A stretch of DNA of 64,000 nucleotides from positions 42,543 through 106,542 of the forward strand of contig JAEPQQ010000003.1 in the NCBI GenBank assembly GCA_017640445.1, given 5' to 3'. A program made the translations under genes and the position numbers. The notes beneath the pieces were generated by a model that had not been told where the DNA came from, made no database searches, and worked only from the letters and a program-made list of their open reading frames with translations. The DNA is from Bacteroidia bacterium (GTDB lineage: Bacteria > Bacteroidota > Bacteroidia > NS11-12g > UBA9320). Positions 1 to 10,177 of this stretch are shown here, in pieces; position 1 is the first letter of the stretch; each line of letters opens with the position of its first letter.

Positions 1-1487
1 ACTTTGGAGACCCAACGACTGATGCTGACACCTCGCACGAAGTAAATCCAACATGGGTATATCCAGGCAACGGAGAATATCTGGCGGTTTTGCATGCCTC
101 CAATGATGTATGTGAAGCAGAATACAAGTTTGTAGTTCGCGTTAAATCTAAAATAGATGTTGAACTAGGACCCGACCTGTACTTCTGCGACAAGGTTGAT
201 CGTTTTCTTTCGCCGCGCATATTTGACGCCACTAAAATTAAGTGGAACACAGGTCAATTCGGGCCATCTATTCGCGCCCAGGACACAGGCAAATACAAAG
301 CCACCGTTTATTATGGGAACTGTACAGGAAGCGACTCGTTAAACCTTCATCTCGATCCAGTAGAATTTTCCATGATTCCTGACACCCTTTTCTGTACAGA
401 AGATGAGGTAGACGTGATGTTGGATGCAGGTGTTGAAGAGCACAGGTATAGATGGAATACATCTCACAAAGACACATTTCAAACCCTTCATGTGACAAAA
501 TCAGGTACCTATTGGGTGCACGTCAGCAATAGAAACTGCTCAAAGGTAGATTCGACCAAAGTATACGTTGCCGACCCTGAACTGCCTGAATACATGTTTG
601 TTTGCAACGAGTTCGAAAAAGAATTTGACGGAGGAGACGACTACATCGGTGGGGCCACCTTCTTATGGAACGATGGTTCGACCGAAAGGAGAAAAATTCT
701 CGACACTGCCGGTCTCCATTGGGTACGGGTAACCTTCAAGCACTGCGTTGTAACCGACTCCATATTTATTGAAAACCCCGTTATCAATCTTGATTTGGGC
801 AACGACACAAATTACTGTGACGACTTATATCGATTCATGTCTGCGCCTGACGATATGTTCAGCTATTTGTGGCACGACAATTCTACGAACCAAACCTTCG
901 AGACGAATGAGCCAGGAACATTTCACGTAGCGGTTGTTGATACCAACGGTTGTGAGAAATCGGATACGCTAAACCTCACCATGACGTATTCTCCGTCCAT
1001 CGACCTTGGCAATGACACGACCATTTGTCTCCGAAGTGTGGTTGACTTTGGAGTAAATCAGGATTTCACGGAGTATATATGGAATACGGGAGAGTCCAGC
1101 GCCTTTATTGAAGCATCTGACTCTGGTTATTACGTGTTAAAGGTTATTGACGAGCATGGTTGTTTTGCCACTGACAGCGTCTACTTATCGGTGGACCCTG
1201 AGGCATTGCCGAACAACCTGTTTATCCCGAATGCCTTTAGCCCGGATGGAAATGGACTAAACGAACTCTTCCCATTTAGTGAGCTTATTCCACAACCAGA
1301 ATATCGCGTGCGGATTTTCAACCGTTGGGGTGAAAAGATATTTGATTCTGATGTGGATGGCCAGCGATGGGATGCTACCCATCAGGGTAAACCCGTAGAA
1401 CCTGAGGCATATATGTACATGGTTGATTACCGTGCATGCAACGGTGAACTCAAACGAACAAACGGCACCATCACTGTAATGAAATAA
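1..1487 (+). CDS. Secreted adhesin-like protein with gliding-motility-associated C-terminal domain (T9SS type B CTD). 5'-partial: the frame is open to the window start and the track start at 90 is a TTG.
   Basis: Frame 3 is open from nt 3. Repeated Cys-containing ~80 aa modules. C-terminal 'LFIPNAFSPDGNGLNELF...RIFNRWGEKIF' matches the CHU_C / gliding CTD pattern. Confidence 0.7.
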   Translation, partial: FGDPTTDADTSHEVNPTWVYPGNGEYLAVLHASNDVCEAEYKFVVRVKSKIDVELGPDLYFCDKVDRFLSPRIFDATKIKWNTGQFGPSIRAQDTGKYKATVYYGNCTGSDSLNLHLDPVEFSMIPDTLFCTEDEVDVMLDAGVEEHRYRWNTSHKDTFQTLHVTKSGTYWVHVSNRNCSKVDSTKVYVADPELPEYMFVCNEFEKEFDGGDDYIGGATFLWNDGSTERRKILDTAGLHWVRVTFKHCVVTDSIFIENPVINLDLGNDTNYCDDLYRFMSAPDDMFSYLWHDNSTNQTFETNEPGTFHVAVVDTNGCEKSDTLNLTMTYSPSIDLGNDTTICLRSVVDFGVNQDFTEYIWNTGESSAFIEASDSGYYVLKVIDEHGCFATDSVYLSVDPEALPNNLFIPNAFSPDGNGLNELFPFSELIPQPEYRVRIFNRWGEKIFDSDVDGQRWDATHQGKPVEPEAYMYMVDYRACNGELKRTNGTITVMK

Positions 1488-1528
1488 AGCCGATCGGCGT
1501 ATTTTTGCTCTAAGCTAAAAACACGCCT

Positions 1529-3088
1529 ATGCCAATTCGAATGGTCGATGATCCCCAGGATCCCAAACGCAATAACACAAATAACAATAAGAAACGTGGC
1601 GGAGTACCTCCTGCTCTACTCCTTTTACTTCCTTCGCTGCTAAAATTCCTATTCAAACGGCCAAAACTGTTGATTGGTGTTATTGTTATTGCAGGCCTGT
1701 TTTATTTCTTTGGTGGAAACCTAACACCTGAACAACCATCATCCATCGCCGAAGAAGAAGTTTCGGCCGACTTTAGCACTGGCTTAAACATGAGCCAGGA
1801 GATGTATGACAAAAGCGAGATTTTCGAACCGCTTGTGGCTGGGTACAAGAACCAACTCCCATCTCAGGTAAGTCTTGAACAGTATTGCCCCGATCGCCTA
1901 AACCAGGGTTCTCAAGGTTCATGCGTTGGATGGAGCAGCTCTTATGCCGCTCGAACTATTCTGGAAAGCAGGAATTCTGGTTTACCTCCCAACCAGGTGG
2001 CGTTTAGCCCGTCGTCGCTGTATAATCAAATTCGACTACCCAATTGCCAGGGCGCATATATCCATACCGCCATGAAGGTAATGAAGGAGCGTGGTGTTCT
2101 CCCCTTTCAAGAGTTTAAATACAACCAATACGACTGTGAACGTACACCGAGCCGGAACCAGATGAGTCGGGCAAATCAGTTTAGAACCAGAGGTTTCCAA
2201 CGCCTATGGGAAAACGAAGGAGGAACCGATATTCTGGCAATCAAGCAAAACATTGCCCAAGGTGCTCCCGTGGTTGTAGGCATGCTTGTTGGTGGTAGTT
2301 TTATGAACGCTATGCAGGGAAAGGCCGTTTGGAGACCAACCCGAACCGATTACCGCATGCGGGGATTTGGTGGCCATGCCATGTGCCTTGTAGGATATGA
2401 CGATAATAAAGAAGGTGGGGCTTTTCAAATCATGAACAGCTGGGGTGAAAACTGGGGCGACGATGGTTTTTGCTGGGTACGCTATTCCGACTTTGAACAT
2501 TTTACACGTGAGGCTTACGGACTTTACCCGATGGGTAATGCGGAGCGAAACGACCCTAATAAACTGGCAGTGGACTTTGGTTTGGTAGAGAATTCTAGCA
2601 TGAGCAACATTCCTTTGTCCATGGCAGGCCAACATAATGGTGTTGCACTTTTTCGTACTTCAAGAGCCGTTCCGAAAGGAACCAGATTCAAAATCGAAGT
2701 AAGTAATAGTGTAGAATGTTACGTCTACATAATTGGCGAAGAAACCGACGGCAGCAATTATGTTTTATTCCCATACACAGAAAAACATTCGCCTTACTGT
2801 GGTATAACCGGTACACGATTGTTCCCACGTAACCAGTCGTTGATGATTGACGACCTGGGTTCTCGCGACCGAATGGCCGTAATTGTGAGTAAAGTTCCTC
2901 TTGACATAAACTACTTGAACACTGTACTTAACCAAATACGTGGGACTTTCCTTCAGGATCTGACTCAAGTACTAGAGCCTTACACTATACGTCAAGTCAA
3001 GTTTCAGTCGGGTAATGTCATTCACTTTGATGCCATAACCGATGGCAATAAAGCCGTTGCCATGCTCATAGAGGTTGACAAAAACTAG
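1529..3088 (+). CDS. Membrane-anchored papain-like (C1 family) cysteine peptidase with a C-terminal DUF4384-like beta domain
   Basis: Catalytic Cys region 'QGSQGSCVGWSS', His 'GGHAMCLVGYDD', and Asn/Trp region 'NSWGENWGDDGFCWVRY' are colinear with papain motifs. N-terminal basic stretch plus TM 'LLIGVIVIAGLFYFFGG'. C-terminal 'VECYVYIIGEETDGSNYVLFP' resembles DUF4384. Confidence 0.7.
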   Translation: MPIRMVDDPQDPKRNNTNNNKKRGGVPPALLLLLPSLLKFLFKRPKLLIGVIVIAGLFYFFGGNLTPEQPSSIAEEEVSADFSTGLNMSQEMYDKSEIFEPLVAGYKNQLPSQVSLEQYCPDRLNQGSQGSCVGWSSSYAARTILESRNSGLPPNQVAFSPSSLYNQIRLPNCQGAYIHTAMKVMKERGVLPFQEFKYNQYDCERTPSRNQMSRANQFRTRGFQRLWENEGGTDILAIKQNIAQGAPVVVGMLVGGSFMNAMQGKAVWRPTRTDYRMRGFGGHAMCLVGYDDNKEGGAFQIMNSWGENWGDDGFCWVRYSDFEHFTREAYGLYPMGNAERNDPNKLAVDFGLVENSSMSNIPLSMAGQHNGVALFRTSRAVPKGTRFKIEVSNSVECYVYIIGEETDGSNYVLFPYTEKHSPYCGITGTRLFPRNQSLMIDDLGSRDRMAVIVSKVPLDINYLNTVLNQIRGTFLQDLTQVLEPYTIRQVKFQSGNVIHFDAITDGNKAVAMLIEVDKN

Positions 3089-3091
3089 TCT

Positions 3092-4504
3092 TTACAACTC
3101 GAGTTTGTACGACTGCCCCAGGTGAGGTATTTCTACGGTTGAGAACTTATTTTCTTCAAGTGCCTCCTTGAAGGCCTCTTGACGTTTAAGATCTCCATGC
3201 ACCAGAAACGTCTTTTTGAGTTTGTGACGATTTAGATTTTCCAGGTAATCGAGCATTTCCTGTTGATCACCATGGGCGCTAAAGGAGTCGAGCACTTTTA
3301 CCTCGGCATTTACCTTGTAGTGCACACCAAAGATTCGAACCTCTTCATCGCCTGCCCGTATTCTACCGCCCAGGGTTCCAGGCGAACAGTAACCTACTAC
3401 CAAAATGGTATTTCGAGGGTCGCTAATAGTGTTGGCCAGGTGATGTTTTACCCTGCCTGCCGACATCATTCCACTTGCACTTATTATGATGGCCGGTTCT
3501 TTCAGGTTGTTGATCTTTTTTGATTGATCTACACTGCGCACGTACTTCAATCCATTAAAACCAAATGGGTTGGGATCTTCGCTCATGTAGTCCAGAATGT
3601 TCTCATCGAAACATTCCGGATGCATGGTAAAGATATCCGTGGCGTTCACCGCCAGTGGGCTATCAACAAACACGGGAATCCTTGGTAATTTACCTTCTCG
3701 TTCCAACTGGTCCAACATGTATACAATCTCCTGTGTTCGTCCTACGCTAAACGCTGGAATGATGAGTTTGCCCTTCTTGTCAACACAGGTATGATGAATC
3801 ACATCCAGCAATTCCTGCTTGTTATCGGGCATACCACCGTGCTTTCTACCACCGTACGTGGATTCGCAAATCAGGTAATCAACATCATCAAGAGGTTGTG
3901 GGTCCCGAAGAATCGGTCGCTCTGGCCTGCCTATATCACCCGTAAACCCGATGTATTTCTTGTACCCGCCTTCCATCTCAACACGGATGGTTACGCTGGC
4001 ACTACCCAGAATATGCCCGCTATCCCGAAACCGGACCGATACGGTGTCGTTGATCCGATACCATCTGTTATACCCTACACCTACAAATTGGTCCATGCAC
4101 ATACGTGCATCTTCAACGGTATAAAGCGGTTTTACAGGTTTGAGTCCAAGTCGCTCCTTACGCTTGTTTACGTATACTACATCCTTCTCCTGAATGTATG
4201 CACTATCCATGAGCATAATAGACGCCAAATCACGTGTGGCACTGGTACAAATTATGTCTCCCTTAAAACCATCCTTACTCAATTTCGGAATGCGACCACT
4301 GTGATCGATATGTGCATGACTCAGCACCAGGTAGTCTATTTCTTCAGGGTTAAATAGCCACTCCCGATTAAAATTCTCATATTTATCCTCATTCCCCTGA
4401 TACAAACCGCAATCCAATAAAATGGTTGTACCATCGTCGAGGGTTATCAGGTGACTGCTTCCGGTAACCGTTTGCGCAGCACCACAAAACTTGATTTTTG
4501 CCAT
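3092..4504 (-). CDS. MBL-fold metallo-hydrolase of the beta-CASP family (RNA-metabolising, RNase J/CPSF-like)
   Basis: 'LSHAHIDHSGRIP' HxHxDH motif, about 470 aa, beta-CASP-like C-terminal half. Confidence 0.7.
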   Translation of the reverse strand: MAKIKFCGAAQTVTGSSHLITLDDGTTILLDCGLYQGNEDKYENFNREWLFNPEEIDYLVLSHAHIDHSGRIPKLSKDGFKGDIICTSATRDLASIMLMDSAYIQEKDVVYVNKRKERLGLKPVKPLYTVEDARMCMDQFVGVGYNRWYRINDTVSVRFRDSGHILGSASVTIRVEMEGGYKKYIGFTGDIGRPERPILRDPQPLDDVDYLICESTYGGRKHGGMPDNKQELLDVIHHTCVDKKGKLIIPAFSVGRTQEIVYMLDQLEREGKLPRIPVFVDSPLAVNATDIFTMHPECFDENILDYMSEDPNPFGFNGLKYVRSVDQSKKINNLKEPAIIISASGMMSAGRVKHHLANTISDPRNTILVVGYCSPGTLGGRIRAGDEEVRIFGVHYKVNAEVKVLDSFSAHGDQQEMLDYLENLNRHKLKKTFLVHGDLKRQEAFKEALEENKFSTVEIPHLGQSYKLEL

Positions 4505-4539
4505 AGATGATTAATTACTACAAGGTTAATCTATTTCAT

Positions 4540-4576
4540 AAAAAAGAGGGCACTAATGCACCCTCTTTAAAAACCG
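4540..4576 (-). terminator. Rho-independent terminator hairpin downstream of the htrA-type gene. It has A/T runs on both sides.
   Basis: 'aaaaaagagggcactaatgcaccctctttaaaaa': GC stem AGAGGG/CCCTCT with internal GCA/TGC, and a T-run on the minus strand. Confidence 0.5.
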
Positions 4577-4590
4577 TATAAATCGTTGGA

Positions 4591-6099
4591 TTACTTCTCA
4601 ACCCGGATCGCAAACGACTCTTCATCGCCGTTTGGCATAACGCCATCAATCAATATGGATCCTTCTTTGTTTTCAAGTAATTTTTCAACGTCTTTGGTGG
4701 TGTAAACCCGTTGTTTGTCAATGGTTGTGATTACAAATCCTTCAGGAACATCCTTATCCTTCAGTGGTCCTTTTCCGATCTTCTTAATACGGACACCATT
4801 GGAAATTTTCAACTCCATTTTCTCTGTATGACCAAGGTTTTCAAAGGTACCTCCCAGTACTACTTTTTCCTCTCGGATCGCCTCCGTGGTAATTTCCTTT
4901 TTCCCATCCTTGCTCAATAGCTTTACCGACTTCTCGATTTGCTCGTTATCTCTCTTTAAAACGACTACGATATCGTCGCCCGGGTGGAACCGGCTTATTT
5001 CCTCTTGTAGCTCAGAAGCTTTGTTTACGGCCTCTCCATCAATGCTCAGTATCACATCTCCCGGTTTTATGCCCGCCTTATCTGCAGCTCCACCATCCAC
5101 AACATCTGGCACATAAACTCCTTCAATATCCTTGATTCCTTTCTCCATAGCCAGTTCAGCCGTTACATCCTGAATTCGAACTCCCAGAATGGCACGTTTT
5201 ACCTCACCATACTTACGCAAATCGTCTAGTATCTTTTTGGCAATGTTTACCGGAACAGCAAAAGAGTATCCTGCATAAGACCCGGTTTGCGAAGCAATGG
5301 CCGTATTAATGCCAATGAGTTCTCCTTTTGTATTAACCAACGCACCTCCACTGTTTCCGGGGTTTACGGCAGCATCAGTTTGAATGAAGTTCTCAATTGC
5401 ATATTCACTATTCTGTCGAAGCAGGTTGATGTTTCTTCCCTTTGCACTTACAATACCGGCGGTAACTGTGCTGGTTAGGTTAAAGGGGTTTCCCACAGCC
5501 ACTACCCACTCACCAACACGTACGTCGTCGGAGTTTCCGAACGAAAGGAAAGGAAGATCCTTTTCCTCGATCTTAAGCAATGCCAAATCCGTTTCAGGGT
5601 CGCGCCCTACCAATTCGGCATCGTAACTTCGTTTATCATTAAGGATTACCTCAATCTTCGAAGCGTTTTCAATCACGTGATTATTCGTAGCAATGTAACC
5701 GTTGTTCATGATAATCACACCTGAACCAGAAGCCTGTCTTGGCTGGTTTCGTTTGAAACGTGGATCATCAAAGAACCCAAATGGATCAAACATTTCGGTT
5801 GTATTTCCTGACTGCGCCAAATCAATTTCGGTTTTGATATGCACAACGGCCGGAGTTGCATGTTCGGACACCTCAACGAAGTCTCCACCGATCTCCGCAA
5901 CTACCGATTCCTGATTGGCAAACTGCACCTTTTGTTGTTCCTCAAATGATTGTGGCATTGTCTTTTCGCTAAAAAAGAAATGGTTGAGACCCAATGCTAC
6001 TGCACCTCCTACAAAGGCTATTGCCAAAATTCCTAAAAACTTCTTCATACTCACTTTTTCTTTAATCTGTTGGTTATTAACATTCACGAATTTAATCAT
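4591..6099 (-). CDS. htrA: Do/HtrA family periplasmic serine endopeptidase with two PDZ domains
   Basis: Signal/TM N-terminus, trypsin-like 'GNSGGALVN' catalytic Ser motif, and two C-terminal PDZ-like segments. Confidence 0.85.
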   Translation of the reverse strand: MIKFVNVNNQQIKEKVSMKKFLGILAIAFVGGAVALGLNHFFFSEKTMPQSFEEQQKVQFANQESVVAEIGGDFVEVSEHATPAVVHIKTEIDLAQSGNTTEMFDPFGFFDDPRFKRNQPRQASGSGVIIMNNGYIATNNHVIENASKIEVILNDKRSYDAELVGRDPETDLALLKIEEKDLPFLSFGNSDDVRVGEWVVAVGNPFNLTSTVTAGIVSAKGRNINLLRQNSEYAIENFIQTDAAVNPGNSGGALVNTKGELIGINTAIASQTGSYAGYSFAVPVNIAKKILDDLRKYGEVKRAILGVRIQDVTAELAMEKGIKDIEGVYVPDVVDGGAADKAGIKPGDVILSIDGEAVNKASELQEEISRFHPGDDIVVVLKRDNEQIEKSVKLLSKDGKKEITTEAIREEKVVLGGTFENLGHTEKMELKISNGVRIKKIGKGPLKDKDVPEGFVITTIDKQRVYTTKDVEKLLENKEGSILIDGVMPNGDEESFAIRVEK

Positions 6100-6204
6100 G
6101 AAGTTAAATTGTCACTTAAAATTCGATATTTGTAACGTTTTAAAAGCTAAAGTTCATTTACATCGTTTACCAGATTCGATTAAATAATATTAACCCTCTA
6201 CAAA

Positions 6205-6774
6205 ATGCTCTTAAACAAACGATTTTCTGATTCTCAACTCGTTGAGGAGATCAAAGCAGGAAACGAAGATGCATTAGTAGTTATGTACAAATCATATTAT
6301 GCGATGGTCAAGAACTTTATACTTAAAAACAACGGTTCGGAGGATGAAGTAGACGACGTCTTGCAAGATGGGTTAATTGCAGTTTGGCGCAACGTAAACA
6401 AATCAAACTTCTCGCTCACCGTAAAAATGAGCACCTACCTAATGGCCATAGTGAAAAACCTGTGGTTCAAACAACTCAAGAAAAAAACACGGTTTACGGT
6501 AGTTGATGAATCCCTGCAGGAAAAAATCACTGCCGATGACATTTCAACGGATCACCTGGACCACAGCGTTATTCATACGTTGGTGGCCGAACTTGACGAA
6601 ACCTGTAAGAAGTTGCTCTCTTACTTCTATTTCGATGGCTTAGAAAACAAAGTCATTGCCGAAAAGATGGGTTTTGCCAATACCGACACGGTTAAATCCA
6701 AGAAATACCAATGTTTTAAGCGACTTCAGAGCGCTGTGACCTCGCAATTCAAAAAAGAAGACTTCTTTAACTGA
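6205..6774 (+). CDS. RNA polymerase ECF-type sigma-70 factor
   Basis: About 190 aa, region 2 'DVLQDGLIAVWRN', and a C-terminal region-4 HTH. Confidence 0.8.
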   Translation: MLLNKRFSDSQLVEEIKAGNEDALVVMYKSYYAMVKNFILKNNGSEDEVDDVLQDGLIAVWRNVNKSNFSLTVKMSTYLMAIVKNLWFKQLKKKTRFTVVDESLQEKITADDISTDHLDHSVIHTLVAELDETCKKLLSYFYFDGLENKVIAEKMGFANTDTVKSKKYQCFKRLQSAVTSQFKKEDFFN

Positions 6775-6779
6775 CAGCC

Positions 6780-7853
6780 ATGACCGAGGAACAGCACATA
6801 CACGAATTGATCGATCAGTACCTGAGAGGTGAACTGTTCGGGCAGGAATTGGATAAATTTAAGATCCGACTCAAAGATGATGAAGCCTTTTTGCAACAAG
6901 TTCAATTGCAGAAGGCGATCATCCAAAGCATAGAGGCCAACCGAAATGCCGAGCTCAAGGAAATGTTGAAAAAACGCACTCAACGAAGTAGCTTTTTTAT
7001 TCCTTTTGGGAAACGACCTCTGGCCATAGCCGCCACCCTCCTTTCTTTATTGGCATTTGGGCTGGTTCTAAAAACCATGCTGCCGTCTAACATGTCGGAG
7101 CTTGCTGAAAACTATGAAGATTCAGCTTCTGATGAAGAAGTTGCTGAGTACAAAGTAGAAGACACTGGCCAGAAAGAAGAAACCAATAATGGCACCCCAA
7201 CGGAAACTAAGGAAGAGGGCGCATTACCCAATACGGACGAAGAGCCTAATCCTGAGCTTGCCTTCTCATACGATGAAGTAGAAGAAGACGCTGATGTTCA
7301 ACTCTCTGCCGACGATGAGGAGATTGACATTTCTCGTCTCAAAGCGGACGAAGATCAGCTTGACGGAAGCAACGTTACCGCACAACGCGACACGTTGCTT
7401 GGGTCTAAAAACATCCCTGTGTGGGCCTATTTGGTTGCTCAGCAAGAAACCCGTGCCGAATACCTCGAAGAAGATGGGGTTGAAACCACCGAAGTTTCCA
7501 AGGATACGCGCAAGAAAACACGGAGGGAGCGAAAAATAGTGGAAGCTGAACGTGCAGATAACGTAGACATAACTGACAAACAGCCCCCTGCCACCACATT
7601 TGAGCAAAAGCAGTCCGGATCGTTACGAATCGAATACTGGCACAGCATTGTTAATTTTAAGGGATACAAATTCGACGGTTCAAAATTATTGCTGTTCGAC
7701 ACCCCGCAAGACCTCCCTTTGAAGGTTATTCAGTACAATGGCAGCACCTATCTGAAAAAGGGAAGCACCTTCTATCAGGTCATTCCAAACAATAACTTCA
7801 ATCATTTGTCTAAAGTATCAGACAACGAAGTACTCAAGATATTAAACAAGTAA
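6780..7853 (+). CDS. Putative anti-sigma factor: N-terminal cytoplasmic helix, one TM, a long acidic disordered linker, and a C-terminal domain
   Basis: Starts 6 nt after the ECF sigma stop. TM 'LAIAATLLSLLAFGLVL'. Asp/Glu-rich low-complexity region. Confidence 0.5.
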   Translation: MTEEQHIHELIDQYLRGELFGQELDKFKIRLKDDEAFLQQVQLQKAIIQSIEANRNAELKEMLKKRTQRSSFFIPFGKRPLAIAATLLSLLAFGLVLKTMLPSNMSELAENYEDSASDEEVAEYKVEDTGQKEETNNGTPTETKEEGALPNTDEEPNPELAFSYDEVEEDADVQLSADDEEIDISRLKADEDQLDGSNVTAQRDTLLGSKNIPVWAYLVAQQETRAEYLEEDGVETTEVSKDTRKKTRRERKIVEAERADNVDITDKQPPATTFEQKQSGSLRIEYWHSIVNFKGYKFDGSKLLLFDTPQDLPLKVIQYNGSTYLKKGSTFYQVIPNNNFNHLSKVSDNEVLKILNK

Positions 7854-7859
7854 AACGGG

Positions 7860-8642
7860 TTGAAACTTCAATTTGAAAAATACCAGGGAACAGGTAACGA
7901 CTTTGTAATGATCGATAACCGATCGAAGGCGTTTGACACAGGCAAACTACCTGTCTCCAAAATTTGTGACCGAAAATTTGGAATCGGAGCAGATGGTTTA
8001 ATTGTTATTGAACATCACGACACACTCGACTTCAACATGATTTACTTCAATTCTGATGGCAGTCAAAGCTTTTGTGGGAATGGAAGCCGATGTGCAGTAG
8101 CATACGCCAAATCTTTGGGAATGATCAACTCTTCTACCCATTTCTTGTCTACCGACGGAGAACACTATGCCGAGATTTCGGATACAGGTGAAGTACGATT
8201 AAAGATGCACGATGTACACAACGTGGAACGGCGTTCGAATGACTTTATACTGGATACCGGATCACCTCACTACATCATCTTTGAAGATGACCTGGAAAAC
8301 CTCGACCTTGTGAACCGAGCGAGGGAAATACGGTACAACTCTGAGTTCAAGGGAGAAGGCATCAATGTAAACTTCATTAAACCCACTTCTGAAATACTGG
8401 AAATTCGAACGTATGAACGAGGTGTGGAAGACGAAACCTTAAGTTGTGGAACTGGCGTTACAGCAGCCGTATTGGCTGACTTTGCCTCGTCGGGCGCAAC
8501 GGGTTCTCTTCATAAACGCACGGTCAAAAGTCAAGGAGGTACGCTTCGAGTAGAATTCAAAAAAGCAGATAATGGCTTTAACGATATTTATTTGATCGGA
8601 CCGGCAAAAAAGACCTTTCAGGGAGTTATCGAACTAACATAA
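7860..8642 (+). CDS. dapF: Diaminopimelate epimerase
   Basis: 'KYQGTGNDFVMIDN', 'FCGNGSRC', and 'GTGVTAAV' are hallmark DapF motifs. The start is a TTG. Confidence 0.9.
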   Translation: MKLQFEKYQGTGNDFVMIDNRSKAFDTGKLPVSKICDRKFGIGADGLIVIEHHDTLDFNMIYFNSDGSQSFCGNGSRCAVAYAKSLGMINSSTHFLSTDGEHYAEISDTGEVRLKMHDVHNVERRSNDFILDTGSPHYIIFEDDLENLDLVNRAREIRYNSEFKGEGINVNFIKPTSEILEIRTYERGVEDETLSCGTGVTAAVLADFASSGATGSLHKRTVKSQGGTLRVEFKKADNGFNDIYLIGPAKKTFQGVIELT

Positions 8643-8682
8643 TCGATTCCCTCTTTCCGATACCGACGACTATCTTTGTCCG

Positions 8683-10137
8683 GTGCAAAAAACAAGTGGT
8701 GCTTTCTGGTTTTTAATAGGAGCTTTATTTCTTAGCTTATTCTGGATCACACGCAACGACCCCTTCTTTGGTGATGCTATATCATCTATTGCCAGGGCAT
8801 CCAACCACATTTACTTTTCCAACTTTGGAGAAATACGCTATCCCAAAAACCTTGATCCCGGGCATCCTTTGACGTTTCCCCTTGCCCACGCGGCGTTATG
8901 GAGTCTTTTTGGACGAGCTTTATGGGTTAGTCATCTGTTTCAACTCACATTTGGTCTTCTCACCATTTGGCTTATGGTTAAATGGGGTAAAAAAGAAGCT
9001 TCATCAACAAGTGCTTTTATTGCCGCTGCCTGGCTCGCAGTTACTCCATTGTTTATGTCACAATCGGTAAACCCGAACATGCACCTCCCTATGACTTTCT
9101 TCGCCCTGGGACTAGGCTATAGTTTGAAGTTTAACAAAACCTGGGGCCAGTTCCTCTTCTCACTGGCGCTGGTGATAAGTCATTTACAAGGACTTTACTA
9201 TTTAACCCCCTTATGGTTGTGGTGGTTTTTCACGTCCAACAGCCCCATCAAAGAACGGATCGGTCATGGTGCCAAATTACTTACCCTCCCGGCAATTTTG
9301 TTTCTGGCCTGGTTGTACTATCACCAATCCATTACAGGTTGGGCCCTCAGTTCGCCAGACTACGCGGGTCACAGGGGCTTTCCCGGAATTAAACGATTTG
9401 TGGTGAATTTGATCCTATCCGATTGGCGAATGGTCGACTACGGACAAATTGCCTTTTTTGTCCTTCCATGTATTGCACTGATAAAAGGAAAAGCGAAATG
9501 GTCCAAACGACATCCCATGGTGGTTTTTCTCACTATTTACCTCTTCAATGCACTTGCTCTGGCCGTCACCACTAAAACAGGCCCCATGCATCGGTACCTC
9601 CTTCCGTGCCTACCCTTCATAATACTTGCCAATCTGGACTATCTGGATAAGCTGGGTAATTGGAAAAAGGCCCTCCTCTCTCTTGTTCTTCTAAGTGGAC
9701 ACTTTTGGTTTTATCCAGGCAAGGTAATGGGTGACGCCACATTGGCTTATCGTAACATATTCCCTTTGTTAAAAGAAGCAAAAGAAGAATTTGGTCACCC
9801 CGTTTTTCACACCTACGCTCCACTCAGTAATCCTGAGTTCGACACCTATCTGGGTACCAGCAAAACAGATTACCGCGCTCTTTATTCACTTGAACTGGAA
9901 GATGCTCACCATGTCATTGTCAGCAATATCAGTGGTGACTTTAGCCAACGTGAACTCAACACACTCCATTCAAACTGGCCTGTAAAAACATATGAACGAC
10001 GCAACGTGTACCTGGAAGTTTATAGTAATCCGGAAAAAGTTAAACATCCGATAACGGGGCCAAAACGAAAAATTGGCAAGTTAGAACAGTGGATCATCTG
10101 GTTGAAACATAAGATAAAGGGTAAGGATAGCGTTTAG
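8683..10137 (+). CDS. Polytopic membrane protein, possibly a GT39/GT83 (ArnT/PMT-like) glycosyltransferase family member
   Basis: At least 10 predicted TM helices in the first ~330 aa plus a soluble C-terminal domain. No firm motif. Confidence 0.35.
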   Translation: MQKTSGAFWFLIGALFLSLFWITRNDPFFGDAISSIARASNHIYFSNFGEIRYPKNLDPGHPLTFPLAHAALWSLFGRALWVSHLFQLTFGLLTIWLMVKWGKKEASSTSAFIAAAWLAVTPLFMSQSVNPNMHLPMTFFALGLGYSLKFNKTWGQFLFSLALVISHLQGLYYLTPLWLWWFFTSNSPIKERIGHGAKLLTLPAILFLAWLYYHQSITGWALSSPDYAGHRGFPGIKRFVVNLILSDWRMVDYGQIAFFVLPCIALIKGKAKWSKRHPMVVFLTIYLFNALALAVTTKTGPMHRYLLPCLPFIILANLDYLDKLGNWKKALLSLVLLSGHFWFYPGKVMGDATLAYRNIFPLLKEAKEEFGHPVFHTYAPLSNPEFDTYLGTSKTDYRALYSLELEDAHHVIVSNISGDFSQRELNTLHSNWPVKTYERRNVYLEVYSNPEKVKHPITGPKRKIGKLEQWIIWLKHKIKGKDSV

Positions 10138-10177
10138 ATTTGGCACGGGAATTGATTTAATTGAAGAAAACAAAGGC

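Noticed and set aside
3263-4357. Antisense and embedded ORFs inside well-supported genes (for example 3263..3523, 3791..4357, 12018..12200, 40714..41007)
   Set aside because: They are fully contained in longer conserved CDSs on the opposite strand and have no motifs. They are likely spurious.
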